Below are positions 52,513 to 62,966 of a stretch of DNA of 64,000 nucleotides, piece after piece; positions within the stretch are counted from its first letter, which is position 1; each line of letters opens with the position of its first letter. Below the pieces are notes generated by a model. It saw only the letters and a list, made by a program, of their open reading frames with translations, did not search any database and was not told the DNA's origin. Source of the stretch: Bacteroidetes bacterium RIFCSPLOWO2_12_FULL_35_15 (GTDB lineage: Bacteria; Bacteroidota; Bacteroidia; 2-12-FULL-35-15); NCBI GenBank assembly GCA_001769385.1, contig MEPB01000037.1:12241-76240 (forward strand), in the 5' to 3' direction. Both the position numbers and the translations under genes were made by a program.

Positions 52513-53763
52513 ATGGAAAGCATTAATTTAATTGAATCGTTCTCAGAATTTAAAGAAATAAAAAACATTGATAGAGCTACATTGATGAGCATTATTGAAG
52601 ATGTATTTCGAAGCATGTTAGTAAAAAAATATGGATCAGATGAAAACTTCGATATTATCGTAAATCCTGACCGTGGTGATATTGAGATATGGCAAAATCG
52701 TACGATCGTTGATGATGAATTTGCAGAGGATAGTTTTGATTACGAGGAAGGAAAACATATCAGTTTAACCGAAGCCAGAAAAATTGAACCTGATTTCGAA
52801 CTGGGCGAGGAAGTAACTACTCCTGTAAAGTTGAATGACTTTGGAAGAAGAGCGGTGTTAGCAGTACGTCAAAATTTGGTTTCAAAAATTCTTGAACTGG
52901 AAAAAGATAGTTTGTATAAAAAATACAAGGAAAGAGTTGGCGAAATAATGACCGGTGAAGTATATCAGATCTGGAAAAAAGAATTATTAATACTTGATGA
53001 AGAAGGTAACGAACTTTTGTTGCCTAAATCAGAGCAAATTGCTTCCGACTTCTTTAAAAAAGGAGATACTATTCGTGCAGTTGTTCAGCGTGTTGAAATG
53101 AAAAATAACTCACCTGTAATTATTTTATCAAGAACATCATCCGCATTTTTGGAACGCTTATTTGAATTAGAAGTTCCTGAGGTATTTGATGGTCTTATCA
53201 CTATTAAAAAAATTGTGCGTGAACCGGGTGAAAGAGCTAAGGTTGCAGTAGAATCATATGATGACAGAATTGATCCTGTTGGTGCTTGTGTTGGAATGAA
53301 AGGATCCCGTATTCATGGAATTGTTCGTGAGTTACGTAATGAAAACATCGATGTTATTAATTACACCAGTAATCCAACATTATTTATTACCAGAGCATTA
53401 AGTCCGGCAAAAATCACTTCTGTTAAAATTGATGAAGAAACAAAACGAGCTGAAGTATTTTTAAAACCGGATCAGGTTTCTTTAGCAATAGGAAAAGGTG
53501 GACATAATATTAAATTAGCAGGTAAATTAACCGGTTATGAGATAGATGTTTATCGTGATACGGATATTGATCTTGAAGATGTGGATCTTGAAGAATTTGC
53601 AGATGAGATCGAAAGCTGGATCTTGGATGAGCTAAAAAATATTGGTTGTGATACTGCAAAAAGCGTATTGGAACTATCAACCGAAGAGCTTGTTAAGCGT
53701 ACCGATTTAGAAGAAGTAACAGTAAATGAAGTAAAAGCAATTTTGCAATCAGAGTTTGAATAA
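52513..53763 (+). CDS. nusA: Transcription termination/antitermination factor NusA
   Basis: S1 and tandem KH regions (GACVGMKGSRIHGIVRELRNENIDVI). 416 aa. Confidence 0.9.
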   Translation: MESINLIESFSEFKEIKNIDRATLMSIIEDVFRSMLVKKYGSDENFDIIVNPDRGDIEIWQNRTIVDDEFAEDSFDYEEGKHISLTEARKIEPDFELGEEVTTPVKLNDFGRRAVLAVRQNLVSKILELEKDSLYKKYKERVGEIMTGEVYQIWKKELLILDEEGNELLLPKSEQIASDFFKKGDTIRAVVQRVEMKNNSPVIILSRTSSAFLERLFELEVPEVFDGLITIKKIVREPGERAKVAVESYDDRIDPVGACVGMKGSRIHGIVRELRNENIDVINYTSNPTLFITRALSPAKITSVKIDEETKRAEVFLKPDQVSLAIGKGGHNIKLAGKLTGYEIDVYRDTDIDLEDVDLEEFADEIESWILDELKNIGCDTAKSVLELSTEELVKRTDLEEVTVNEVKAILQSEFE

Positions 53764-53851
53764 AGTAGTTAATTAGTTGATTGGGCTAATTTAGGGTTAG
53801 CCTGATTTGACCCAATTGACCCAATTAACCAGTCAACCATTACACAATTAT

Positions 53852-56770
53852 ATGTCAGAAAATACAGTACAACGATTAAGTAAAGTAGCCAAGGAACTCA
53901 ATGTTAGTGTTTCTACAATAACAGAATTTCTTAAAGGTAAAGGACATGTCATAGAAAATAATCCTATGGCAAAAATTTCAGAAGAACTGTATTCAATTCT
54001 TTCAAAAGAATATCAATCAGAAAAGGCGGCTAAGGAAGAAGCGAAACAAGTAACATCCAGCTCTCGCGCAAAAAAAGAAAGTATAACCCTGGACGAAGAA
54101 GCAAAAGTTTCTAATGTTAAAAAAGTTGAAGAGGAAGAAGATATAATAATTAAAAACGTGCAGAATATTCCTCCTCCGGAAAAAATAAAGGAGAAGCCTG
54201 TAGAAATTGTTTCTAAAAAAACTGAGCCGGAGGAAGAAAAAGAAGTTATTAAATCGGATGTTAAGTTTACGGTAGTTTCTAAAATTGATCTGGATGCTCT
54301 GAACACAAAAACTAAACCGGCCAAAAAAACGAAATTAACAAAGGAAGAAGAGAAAGCTGCAAAAGAAGAAGAGAAAAAAGCTAAAGCTAAACCAACAAAA
54401 GGAAAAGCAAAAGCAAAAAAAGAAGATGAGGTTGTAGAAGAACAAAAAGAAGTTCAAGAAATTAAAGCACCTGTTGTTGAAGCTGAAGTAATTCCTGAAA
54501 TAAAATCAAGCGATCTTCCTCAAGAAGATTTTCTTGCAACAAAAGTTGAAAAATTAGAAGGACCCAAAATTATGGGTAAAATAGATTTACCTGTAAAAGA
54601 AGAACGAAAAAAACCGGTTGCTTCATCAACCCCGGCAACCCCGGCAAACGATAACAAGAAAAAACGTAAACGCATTAAAAAGAGTTATGGCGGTGCTACG
54701 CTTGGCGATACCTGGAATGCAAATAAAAAACCTGGAACACCTGGTGCCACGGGAACAACAGGTGGTACCGGAACCCCTGTAAATAATGCTCCAAGAAAAC
54801 AATATCCGAATAACACCTTTACACCACAAACACCAAGAGGTAAATATGTTAAACCGGGAAAAGTAGTATTAACTCCTGAAGAAATTCAGGCACAAATAAA
54901 AGAAACGCTTGCTCGTTTAAGCGGAGCAGGAAAATCCAAAGCTTCCAAACACCGTAAATCTAAACGGGATATGGTGAGTGAACGTATTCAGGAAGCTGCA
55001 GATCAGCAAGAGGCAGAGAAAAAAGTAATTAAGGTTACTGAATTTGTTTCTGCAAATCAATTAGCGCAGATGATGGATATTTCGGTAAACGAAATCATTT
55101 CCACATGTATGAGTTTAGGAATGTTTGTTTCCATTAATCAACGTTTAGATGCCGAAACAATAGCTATTGTGGCTGAAGAGTTTGGATACTCGCTGGAGTT
55201 CGTCAGTGTTGAAGTGCAAGAGGCAATAAAAGAAGAAGAAGATACAGAAGATCAATTATTATCCCGTTCACCAATTGTAACAGTAATGGGTCACGTTGAC
55301 CATGGTAAAACATCCTTATTGGATTATATCCGTAAGGCGAATGTTATTGCGGGTGAAGCAGGTGGTATCACACAACATATTGGTGCATATAACGTAAAAT
55401 TAGAAAACGAAAAAACAATTACATTCCTTGATACACCGGGTCACGAAGCCTTTACTGCGATGCGTGCCCGTGGTGCCCAGGTAACTGATATTGCAATTAT
55501 TGTTGTAGCAGCCGATGATAGTGTAATGCCTCAAACCATTGAAGCGATAAATCATGCGCAGGCTGCAGGTGTTCCAATTGTTATTGCAATTAATAAAATT
55601 GACAAACCCGGAGCTAATCCTGATAAGATTCGCGAAGCATTATCGCAATTAAATATTTTGGTGGAAGAATGGGGAGGAAAGGTTCAGTGTCAGGAAATTT
55701 CTGCGAAAAAAGGAAGTAACATTGAAACATTGCTTGAAAAAGTGTTGTTGGAAGCAGAGATGCTTAATTTGAAAGCGAATCCGAATAAAAATGCAACAGG
55801 AACGGTTATTGAATCGGAGCTGGATAAAGGCCGGGGATATGTTAGTACCATACTTGTTGAAGCAGGCACATTGAAAGTTGGAGATATTGTATTAGCAGGT
55901 TGTTTCAGCGGTAAAGTAAAAGCACTGCATAATGAACGCGGACAAGTTGTAAAAGAAGCAGGACCAGCAATGCCGGTAATATTACTGGGTTTGAGTGGTG
56001 CGCCTCAAGCGGGTGATAAATTTCATGTAATGTCAGATGAACGTGAAGCTCGTGAAATTGCTGCGAAACGTTTGCAATTACAACGTGAACAAGGTATCAG
56101 AACAAATAAGCATATTACATTAGATGAAATTGGAAGACGATTAGCGATTGGTGATTTTAAAGAATTGAATGTAATTGTAAAAGGTGACGTGGATGGTTCT
56201 GTGGAAGCATTAGCAGATTCATTGCAAAAACTATCGACTGAAAAAATTCAGATAAAAATTATTCATAAATCTGTTGGTGCCATCAGTGAATCGGATGTAT
56301 TATTAGCTTCGGCATCCAATGCTATCGTTGTTGGTTTCCAGGTTCGCCCTTCAGCAGGTGCCCGTAAAATAGCGGAAACAGAACAAATTGATATTCGTTT
56401 ATATTCTATTATTTATGATGCGATCAATGAAATAAAAGCGGCAATGGAGGGAATGTTAGCCCCTGAATTTGAAGAAAAAATTGTTTGCAACATTGAGATT
56501 CGTGAAGTATTTAATATTACCAGAGTCGGTACAATTGCAGGATGTTTTGTGTTAGACGGAAAAGTGACCCGTAATACCAAAGTACGTGTGATAAGTGATG
56601 GTATTGTTGTTCATACCGGTGAGCTGGGTTCTTTAAAACGTTTTAAAGATGATGTGAAAGAAGTAAACAAAGGTTTTGAATGTGGATTGAACATCAAAAA
56701 TTTCAACGGTATCAAAGTTGGTGATATTATTGAAGGATATGAATTAGTGGAAGTAAAAGCGAAATTATAA
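53852..56770 (+). CDS. infB: Translation initiation factor IF-2
   Basis: Low-complexity K/E-rich N-terminal region, G-domain ([24 protein letters not shown]). Start likely at the internal Met MSENTVQRL, not the ORF-track start at 53807. Confidence 0.9.
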   Translation: MSENTVQRLSKVAKELNVSVSTITEFLKGKGHVIENNPMAKISEELYSILSKEYQSEKAAKEEAKQVTSSSRAKKESITLDEEAKVSNVKKVEEEEDIIIKNVQNIPPPEKIKEKPVEIVSKKTEPEEEKEVIKSDVKFTVVSKIDLDALNTKTKPAKKTKLTKEEEKAAKEEEKKAKAKPTKGKAKAKKEDEVVEEQKEVQEIKAPVVEAEVIPEIKSSDLPQEDFLATKVEKLEGPKIMGKIDLPVKEERKKPVASSTPATPANDNKKKRKRIKKSYGGATLGDTWNANKKPGTPGATGTTGGTGTPVNNAPRKQYPNNTFTPQTPRGKYVKPGKVVLTPEEIQAQIKETLARLSGAGKSKASKHRKSKRDMVSERIQEAADQQEAEKKVIKVTEFVSANQLAQMMDISVNEIISTCMSLGMFVSINQRLDAETIAIVAEEFGYSLEFVSVEVQEAIKEEEDTEDQLLSRSPIVTVMGHVDHGKTSLLDYIRKANVIAGEAGGITQHIGAYNVKLENEKTITFLDTPGHEAFTAMRARGAQVTDIAIIVVAADDSVMPQTIEAINHAQAAGVPIVIAINKIDKPGANPDKIREALSQLNILVEEWGGKVQCQEISAKKGSNIETLLEKVLLEAEMLNLKANPNKNATGTVIESELDKGRGYVSTILVEAGTLKVGDIVLAGCFSGKVKALHNERGQVVKEAGPAMPVILLGLSGAPQAGDKFHVMSDEREAREIAAKRLQLQREQGIRTNKHITLDEIGRRLAIGDFKELNVIVKGDVDGSVEALADSLQKLSTEKIQIKIIHKSVGAISESDVLLASASNAIVVGFQVRPSAGARKIAETEQIDIRLYSIIYDAINEIKAAMEGMLAPEFEEKIVCNIEIREVFNITRVGTIAGCFVLDGKVTRNTKVRVISDGIVVHTGELGSLKRFKDDVKEVNKGFECGLNIKNFNGIKVGDIIEGYELVEVKAKL

Positions 56771-56845
56771 TATTCTCTTTTTTAATGAAAGGCTCTGCAG
56801 TATTGCTTTAACTACACAAGTCTAAGGTGGGAGGAAAAAAATGAG

Positions 56846-56876
56846 AAAGGACGCTAGTTTTAGCGTCCTTTTTGTT
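56846..56876. terminator. Rho-independent terminator shared by infB (+) and the convergent minus-strand operon
   Basis: ggacgcta-gttt-tagcgtcc with aaa upstream and tttttg downstream. Confidence 0.7.
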
Positions 56877-56894
56877 CTTTGGTAAGAGCTGTAT

Positions 56895-57641
56895 TTACGA
56901 TCTAAGCCAAGTAAATACCATTTTTAAGTAGCTATTTAAGTAATCATCCAAGTTCTGTGATTTCAAGCCAAAATCAGCTAGCTTTCTGTAAGGACTGCCT
57001 GGGGAAGGAGTCGCAAAGCATTCTATTGAACCGCCATTACTACATTCAATAACCCTCAAAAAAGGTTTTTTTACTAAATCGGGATTGCCATTTATACTTT
57101 GAAGCAATGTGTTTTGAAGTTCAAATGATTTGCTTTCATTCATACTTAATGTTGGATGCTTATTAAAAAAGGCACTATTTAGAAACATTTCATTCATTAC
57201 ACCCTTAGAAGAACACAATATTTTAATCGTTTGTCCCTTTTGGGGGTATTTAAAAAAAAGATGATTGTATGTCCTTTCCGTTAAATGTTTGTCTAAAGCA
57301 GATTTATCCTTCCTGTTGCAGCTGAATATCATATCAGTAATACCAATTGAATTTTTTTCAAGGCTATTTTTTATTGAAGCGACATTTTCAAGAAAGATTT
57401 CTGAGTCGAAAAATGTTTGATACCAATACCAAAACCTATTATTTGAACTTCCATAATAGAATTGGATGTCGCCATTTTTGACTCTTTCAATGGTCTTAAG
57501 CGCATTTAATTTCCCATCATTAGAAAAGGTCAATGACCACGTAGGAAAGCTACCTAGAATTATTTTTGAATGGTTTAAGGTAGGACTATCGAAATCTATT
57601 CTCGGATGAAATTCCCGTAAATTATTTGAAGTATTTTTCAT
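56895..57641 (-). CDS. Hypothetical protein, last gene of the operon; weak resemblance to UDG-superfamily motifs
   Basis: Overlaps the upstream gene by 20 nt. N-terminal ILGSFPTWS resembles UDG motif A (GxxPG-type). C-terminal FATPSPGSPYRKL resembles motif B (HPSPLS / NPSGLS). Not confirmed. Confidence 0.5.
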   Translation of the reverse strand: MKNTSNNLREFHPRIDFDSPTLNHSKIILGSFPTWSLTFSNDGKLNALKTIERVKNGDIQFYYGSSNNRFWYWYQTFFDSEIFLENVASIKNSLEKNSIGITDMIFSCNRKDKSALDKHLTERTYNHLFFKYPQKGQTIKILCSSKGVMNEMFLNSAFFNKHPTLSMNESKSFELQNTLLQSINGNPDLVKKPFLRVIECSNGGSIECFATPSPGSPYRKLADFGLKSQNLDDYLNSYLKMVFTWLRS

Positions 57642-59400
57642 ACAGATCTTCTCCCATTTTTCTGTAGTGACTGGACTTATATCCTTTGAAAGGGAAATTG
57701 CTTACATCGGCAAATTTACTCTTATATAACTCAATGTCTCCATGTTTTTTATTTTCGATCAGAATCCTTAAGCAATTAATAACACCGTTGATAGTAGTGA
57801 CACTCAGAATAGTATTTCCAGCAACTCTATTCACTTTCCAATTTTCATTGTCAATATTGGCTTTCAAACCGATAAAAATGTTTCGAATTTGCTCGACACA
57901 AAAAGCTCGATATTCATCAAGAAGTTTATAGTCATCCTTCTTTTTTTTCAAGTCCTCCTTATTCTTTTTTACCCAAAAACTGAATAAGCTATCTACACCT
58001 TCAAATTTCACTAGTGGTTTTAGGCCAAAGCTTATTATAGTGGTGGTTTTCAATTTAGATTTTTCAAACCAATATTCTTCAAATAGACCACCTAATGGAC
58101 CGGACTCGTTCAATTTGCTAATTATATATTTTGAAATTGATGCCGTTGAAAACGGATTCATCATAAACTCAATTTCATACTTTAATTGTGGAGAAGCCCC
58201 AGACTGATTAGAGTTAATTTCCAAAAATAATTTAGCTTCAAATTTTATCCTTTTTTCTTCAGGTTCGTCTTTGGGATAAAGGATACCTGTAATCAATAAA
58301 TTCTGAATTCCCCTCAAGCCTGCAATAGATTTTTCATAAACATCATCTCCTTCATGATATGAATATGTCCTATGCTGGCCATCAATAATTCCTATAATAT
58401 TCGCTTTACTTGATATTTTAATGGTGGCTGGCTGTACCCTTGTAATACCTGGATTTGTGAAATTTCCTTTATTGTCTATTGACAATTCGCTACCTCCTTC
58501 ATCTAATATTCTAATCTCATTAATTGGTAAAGTTGTTATAATATTATTGATGAATACACGTTTTTCATCGTGCAAATATTTGCGCATACTTTTTATTTTT
58601 TGGGCAACAAACATCCGCTGATAAAATCCAATGTTATCCTTATTTCTCCAACCATCCCTTCTCAAGACGTAGGCTCGTTTAATTAAAGATTCAGCATCAA
58701 TATAAAATGAAACAATCTTATAGCCCTCTTTGAAAGAACTATGTTCTTCAGGCAATATATGCCCAGAGAATTCATCTACAGTACTCTTTGACGCTTGTTT
58801 TATATTGTCACCGATCTTCGAAAAGTCAATTCCAAGAAAATCAAAAAACTCATGTTTTGTGGACTTCTTTATGATTTTGGCGATGCTCACAAAATACTTT
58901 ACAACAGGGTAATCAAAATAATGAATGTTTGTTACCAAAACCTTATGTTCATTAACTACCTTGCGTTTTGAAGCATACAGAATTCGAATTTGCAATTGAT
59001 TTGCAGTGTATTTATTGCTGGTAACGCTTTCAAAGACTTGTTTTAAGGACTTAAACTTGTCCTCAGTCAAAAGGAATTTGAAAAAATTAGCGGGATTTAA
59101 ATTTATTTTATCGTAAATAATTTTCTTTTCCTTCAAATGGATTCCTGGATCACCAATGGTGTATTCAGTAAGTACAAAGATATTTTCATAATAGAAGATG
59201 TCATCGATTTCTGACTCACGGCTGTCATAAGTAAAATGTTTGCCATCAATCCCTGGGACTCTTGAAAATCCGATATTCGTCATCAAGGTTCTTATCTCTC
59301 TGGCTTGTTGATCTTGTTCTCTTTTTTGTTCCTTTTCTTGATCACTGAGTTTTTTCTTCCCCTTCTTTTTACCTTTCGCTTTTGTTTTTTTTGTTTTCAT
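57622..59400 (-). CDS. DGQHR-motif protein (DndB-like, ParB/Srx-fold superfamily) with Lys-rich N-terminal tail
   Basis: Contains ANIIGIIDGQHRTYSYHEG, the diagnostic DGQHR motif of the DndB family. N-terminus MKTKKTKAKGKKKGKKK. 592 aa. Confidence 0.7.
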   Translation of the reverse strand: MKTKKTKAKGKKKGKKKLSDQEKEQKREQDQQAREIRTLMTNIGFSRVPGIDGKHFTYDSRESEIDDIFYYENIFVLTEYTIGDPGIHLKEKKIIYDKINLNPANFFKFLLTEDKFKSLKQVFESVTSNKYTANQLQIRILYASKRKVVNEHKVLVTNIHYFDYPVVKYFVSIAKIIKKSTKHEFFDFLGIDFSKIGDNIKQASKSTVDEFSGHILPEEHSSFKEGYKIVSFYIDAESLIKRAYVLRRDGWRNKDNIGFYQRMFVAQKIKSMRKYLHDEKRVFINNIITTLPINEIRILDEGGSELSIDNKGNFTNPGITRVQPATIKISSKANIIGIIDGQHRTYSYHEGDDVYEKSIAGLRGIQNLLITGILYPKDEPEEKRIKFEAKLFLEINSNQSGASPQLKYEIEFMMNPFSTASISKYIISKLNESGPLGGLFEEYWFEKSKLKTTTIISFGLKPLVKFEGVDSLFSFWVKKNKEDLKKKKDDYKLLDEYRAFCVEQIRNIFIGLKANIDNENWKVNRVAGNTILSVTTINGVINCLRILIENKKHGDIELYKSKFADVSNFPFKGYKSSHYRKMGEDLYEKYFK

Positions 59401-59415
59401 CGAGAAAGAAAAATT

Positions 59416-60318
59416 TTATGGTTTTGCCTTATTTATATCAGTAATTGTACTCATTGCACTAACTACATCCTTGGCATAGATAATGTTTTCTTGTCCAGCC
59501 TTGCCTTCATAAGTAAAATTAAACAAGAGAGAAATAATTCGTTTCCTTCCTCCTACAGACAATTTCTCATCTCCGTAGACGTAGAACTCATGTTTGTTCA
59601 GAGTATAAAGGTTTTGAGAGGCCTTTTTTATTACAACCTTAGTAACACCTATAATAGACTTTTGCTCATATTTAAGCTTGTCAATAGTTCCAACACTTGC
59701 TTCAAATGAAGCTTTAAATTTAAGCGCAGCTGGATCATTCAAATTGCCTTCAATAACATCGTGTAATAGGGTTTTATATTCATTTAAATCTTCACCTTCT
59801 GCAACTGGCCAAGTGAGAAATAATGAAAAATTTCTGCTATATTTTTTTTGAAACTCAAAAACAGATTTGATTGTGGCATCGAAAGGATACTTTACACTGG
59901 CTTGCATTCTCCCATCAAAATCCAAATTTACTACATCGACAGGAAAGGTTTTATTTTTTCCACTAATTATGAAACTATAATTGGCTGCAATGTATGGGAT
60001 GAAGTCCGCTTCCACTTTGGCTTCGATGAGTTTTTCACTTAACTTTCTTTGAATTTTTGGATCTTTTTCGAAACATCTCACATTTCCTTTGATAATTCTA
60101 AAATTAGGGGTTCCATCAACGGATTTTGATTCTGCTTCTTCCCAATCAATCAGGCCTTCATCTTTGAACAGATGCAAATCTTGCATTGCCTCCGCTGGAA
60201 ATGTTAAAATACTGAAGTCACGTTCCTGGTCACCGAATATTTCTTTGGCGAAGGCAACCCACTTTTTTCTAATAAAGTCTTTTGGGCTGGAGTTATGTTT
60301 ATAGACGGCTTTAGGCAT
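59416..60318 (-). CDS. Hypothetical protein (300 aa) in the operon
   Basis: Tightly spaced between the GHKL ATPase and DGQHR genes. VDVVNLDFDG is faintly Rossmann/MTase-motif-I-like but unconvincing. Confidence 0.5.
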   Translation of the reverse strand: MPKAVYKHNSSPKDFIRKKWVAFAKEIFGDQERDFSILTFPAEAMQDLHLFKDEGLIDWEEAESKSVDGTPNFRIIKGNVRCFEKDPKIQRKLSEKLIEAKVEADFIPYIAANYSFIISGKNKTFPVDVVNLDFDGRMQASVKYPFDATIKSVFEFQKKYSRNFSLFLTWPVAEGEDLNEYKTLLHDVIEGNLNDPAALKFKASFEASVGTIDKLKYEQKSIIGVTKVVIKKASQNLYTLNKHEFYVYGDEKLSVGGRKRIISLLFNFTYEGKAGQENIIYAKDVVSAMSTITDINKAKP

Positions 60319-60324
60319 ACAGTA

Positions 60325-61974
60325 TTACTTGGCTTTCCATTCATCTATTTTTTTATAAAATAGCTCCTTTAGTTTTTTTGCATCACCTCGACTTTCATTG
60401 AAAGAATTTTCGAATATGATAAAAATGGTTTGCAAATATTCCCAATCACTTTTTTTAAACTTATTTTTAGCAACAGAATCAATCTCAATTACAGTCCCTT
60501 TATTTTTTGTCGTAACAATTTTAACAGGAGAAACTTCTTCTTCCTCCTTCTTTTTTTTACTTCCTTTTTGGGGAGTTGCAGGTTTAGGCTTTGATGAATA
60601 CGTAACCTTCTTAGCTTTTAAAATTCGCTTTGTGGCATCCTTCTTAACCTTATCCTTTTTGGCATCTCTAACATTTTTCCCGTCATCATATAATTTAAAA
60701 GCAATCTTAAAGATGTCCTCCTTCAAATATTCATGTAAAAAGTTCTGTAAAGCAATATAATCTGGGTGGGTTACCCTGAACGATTTTCGATCAATATTCA
60801 TTGCATCCTCAAGACCCTGTTCGATATATAATTCTCCTGAGATCCAGTTCCTAAATATCTGTTCCATATAAACAGGATATCTTAAAAAAGTGCCGTCAAA
60901 CCCAAATCGCTCTGCAATAGGAATGTTTTTTATTCTAATAGCTACACCATTTAGTTCACGAGGAATTAACAAACTGTTTTGTATGTAAAAATATCCCTTG
61001 AGAGCAATGAAATTATCACTATCGCCAATTCTGATTTTCTTTTTAAATGATGTATGCTCTGCTCTCTTATTTTTATCCTTGGGAAAGTAAATTGGCTTTT
61101 TAAGATACATGCCATCAAAATCCACCTTGAAGTTGAATTTTTTATGAAGAGAAACAATTTCATCAATTGTTTTATCCTTAACTCCTTCAATCGGCCCACC
61201 ATCAATATATTCAACGGGAATGTAAGATGCTAAATCAATAATGAACTGCATATACTCACTATCGTTTTCCCAAGAGTAGACGCTTTTGCTAGCGTGATGT
61301 GCAAGCAGATCTTTCATAGTTTTAAATGAAAGCTTAGCAAAGCCCTTGTTTTTTTCTTTTACCGCTTGAGCTTTATATGTCTCATCATTAAATATCTTTA
61401 AAACAGGCTCTTTTAATCCTACCAGCCTGATTGCTGTAAAGTGTTCGTTCTTATCTTCTTTTTCATTTACTAGGGTAAACTTCCCTTTCAAATAAGTATC
61501 TTCATCATCGCTTTTAGATGGCTTACTATCAAGAATTTCTTTGAAATCAATCCTTGCAGTAAACTTTATCGCTTCACCTTTCTTTGAAGATACAACTTCT
61601 AATACATCACATATCTCATTTACTGCAATAAAACCGATACCTATTTTTCCAATCAATGGTCTGCCAGCTGCAGAAAATTCACCTCTGTTTCGTTTGTTAG
61701 ATTTACTAATCCATGCAAAATTGTTATCAAAATCCTCTGCATTCATTCCATTTCCATCATCTAAGATCGTTATGCTATCTTCGATAGGTTTCATTCTAAT
61801 AATCACATTTTGCGCATCAGCATCAAATGAATTATTTACTAATTCTTTGATACAACTTGCAGGAGAGCTGTAAATACCAGAGCTCAGATCATTTATAATC
61901 TGAGAATGTACTTTAATCTCTCCAACTTGTTCGATGTCCAGAGCAAGAGTTATGTCATTATTTTTATCGGTCAT
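60325..61974 (-). CDS. GHKL-superfamily ATPase (MORC/MutL-like Bergerat fold) with Lys-rich C-terminal tail
   Basis: N-box IKELVNNSFDADAQNV, G1 ILDDGNGMN, G2 GKIGIGFIAV within the first 120 aa. C-terminal KKDKVKKDATKRILKAKK...KGSKKKKEEEE. Confidence 0.7.
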   Translation of the reverse strand: MTDKNNDITLALDIEQVGEIKVHSQIINDLSSGIYSSPASCIKELVNNSFDADAQNVIIRMKPIEDSITILDDGNGMNAEDFDNNFAWISKSNKRNRGEFSAAGRPLIGKIGIGFIAVNEICDVLEVVSSKKGEAIKFTARIDFKEILDSKPSKSDDEDTYLKGKFTLVNEKEDKNEHFTAIRLVGLKEPVLKIFNDETYKAQAVKEKNKGFAKLSFKTMKDLLAHHASKSVYSWENDSEYMQFIIDLASYIPVEYIDGGPIEGVKDKTIDEIVSLHKKFNFKVDFDGMYLKKPIYFPKDKNKRAEHTSFKKKIRIGDSDNFIALKGYFYIQNSLLIPRELNGVAIRIKNIPIAERFGFDGTFLRYPVYMEQIFRNWISGELYIEQGLEDAMNIDRKSFRVTHPDYIALQNFLHEYLKEDIFKIAFKLYDDGKNVRDAKKDKVKKDATKRILKAKKVTYSSKPKPATPQKGSKKKKEEEEVSPVKIVTTKNKGTVIEIDSVAKNKFKKSDWEYLQTIFIIFENSFNESRGDAKKLKELFYKKIDEWKAK

Positions 61975-61976
61975 TC

Positions 61977-62927
61977 TTAATATAAAAAGTGTTCTGGTTT
62001 TCTGGCAACAGCCATGTTAGCGGTAGGCACAAACACAGGTTTTCCCATTTCACGAATTTTTAAATTTCCTATTTTGTACTGACTCATTCTTTCTTCGCCA
62101 ACTCGAATGAATTTTATATACTTTTCTATTCCTAATGAATTTCTTTTGTTCTTGAGAGCCGCGATCATTGTTGACCCAACTCCCGCAAATGGATCCAAAA
62201 TCCAATCATTTTCTTTTGTTAAAGCAAGAACACACCTTTCTACAAGTTCTATTGGGTACTGGCAAGGATGAATTGTTTTTTCTTTATGATTAGCCTTAAC
62301 GTTAGGGATTTCCCAAATGTCCTTCTCCCATTCACTTCGTACAATTTTCCAAACATCAGAAGGATTCTTTCCTTTAGGATTACCCGAAATCTGCCCTTTC
62401 TTTTCACCTTTGTAATATGTTTTTCCAGGATACTTTGCTGGCACTCTAACATCATCAAGATTAAATGTATATTTATCCGATTTCGAATACCACATTATAG
62501 TTTCATATCGCCCAGAAAATCTTTGCGAAGCATGAAGTCCATGCTCAAAATGCCAAATAATTCGATTGCGAAGAATCAGTTTTTCTTTAGCGAAAATATC
62601 GTGATAAAAAATATCCAAAGGCACAACCTCTTTTGTTTTCGGATTTATATAATTACCAACCTGCCAGCAGATGCTGCCTTTTTTATCAAGTAGAGTAACT
62701 AATTTTTTAATAATTGATTCAATTTCCAGTTTATAATTTTCTAAGGAATTAGACTTTTCATATTCCTTATCCATATTATAAGGCGGGGAAGTCATAATAA
62801 GTTTAAACTTCTTTTTCTGCGCAATCAATTTATCCAAATTTTTATCCGCTACTCCATGAATATAATCTGCAGCAACAACCCTGACCCTTCTTTTAGCCTT
62901 TGCTTGTTTTTTTACTGCCTTCGCCAT
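61977..62927 (-). CDS. Beta-class amino DNA methyltransferase (N4-cytosine or N6-adenine)
   Basis: Motif IV IMTSPPYN precedes motif I ILDPFAGVGST (beta-class order), plus HPCQYP motif. Lys/Arg-rich N-terminus MAKAVKKQAKAKRR. Confidence 0.8.
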   Translation of the reverse strand: MAKAVKKQAKAKRRVRVVAADYIHGVADKNLDKLIAQKKKFKLIMTSPPYNMDKEYEKSNSLENYKLEIESIIKKLVTLLDKKGSICWQVGNYINPKTKEVVPLDIFYHDIFAKEKLILRNRIIWHFEHGLHASQRFSGRYETIMWYSKSDKYTFNLDDVRVPAKYPGKTYYKGEKKGQISGNPKGKNPSDVWKIVRSEWEKDIWEIPNVKANHKEKTIHPCQYPIELVERCVLALTKENDWILDPFAGVGSTMIAALKNKRNSLGIEKYIKFIRVGEERMSQYKIGNLKIREMGKPVFVPTANMAVARKPEHFLY

Positions 62928-62949
62928 AATTTTAATTTTATATCCTTTT

Positions 62950-62966
62950 TTTGCAGTTTTACTGCA
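62950..62966. promoter_or_regulatory. 17-bp palindrome immediately upstream of the methyltransferase start (candidate operator)
   Basis: ttgcag-tttta-ctgcaa, 23 nt upstream of the ATG at 62927 on the transcribed strand. Confidence 0.35.

Noticed and set aside
53764-53851. Short direct repeat gacccaatt-gacccaatt upstream of infB
   Set aside because: Only two 9-bp copies. It is too short to distinguish from chance and has no associated structure.
57622-59400. Calling the locus a Dnd phosphorothioation system because of the DGQHR/DndB-like protein
   Set aside because: No DndA (cysteine desulfurase), DndC (PAPS reductase-like), DndD (SMC-like) or DndE genes are present. Only the DndB-like fold is shared.
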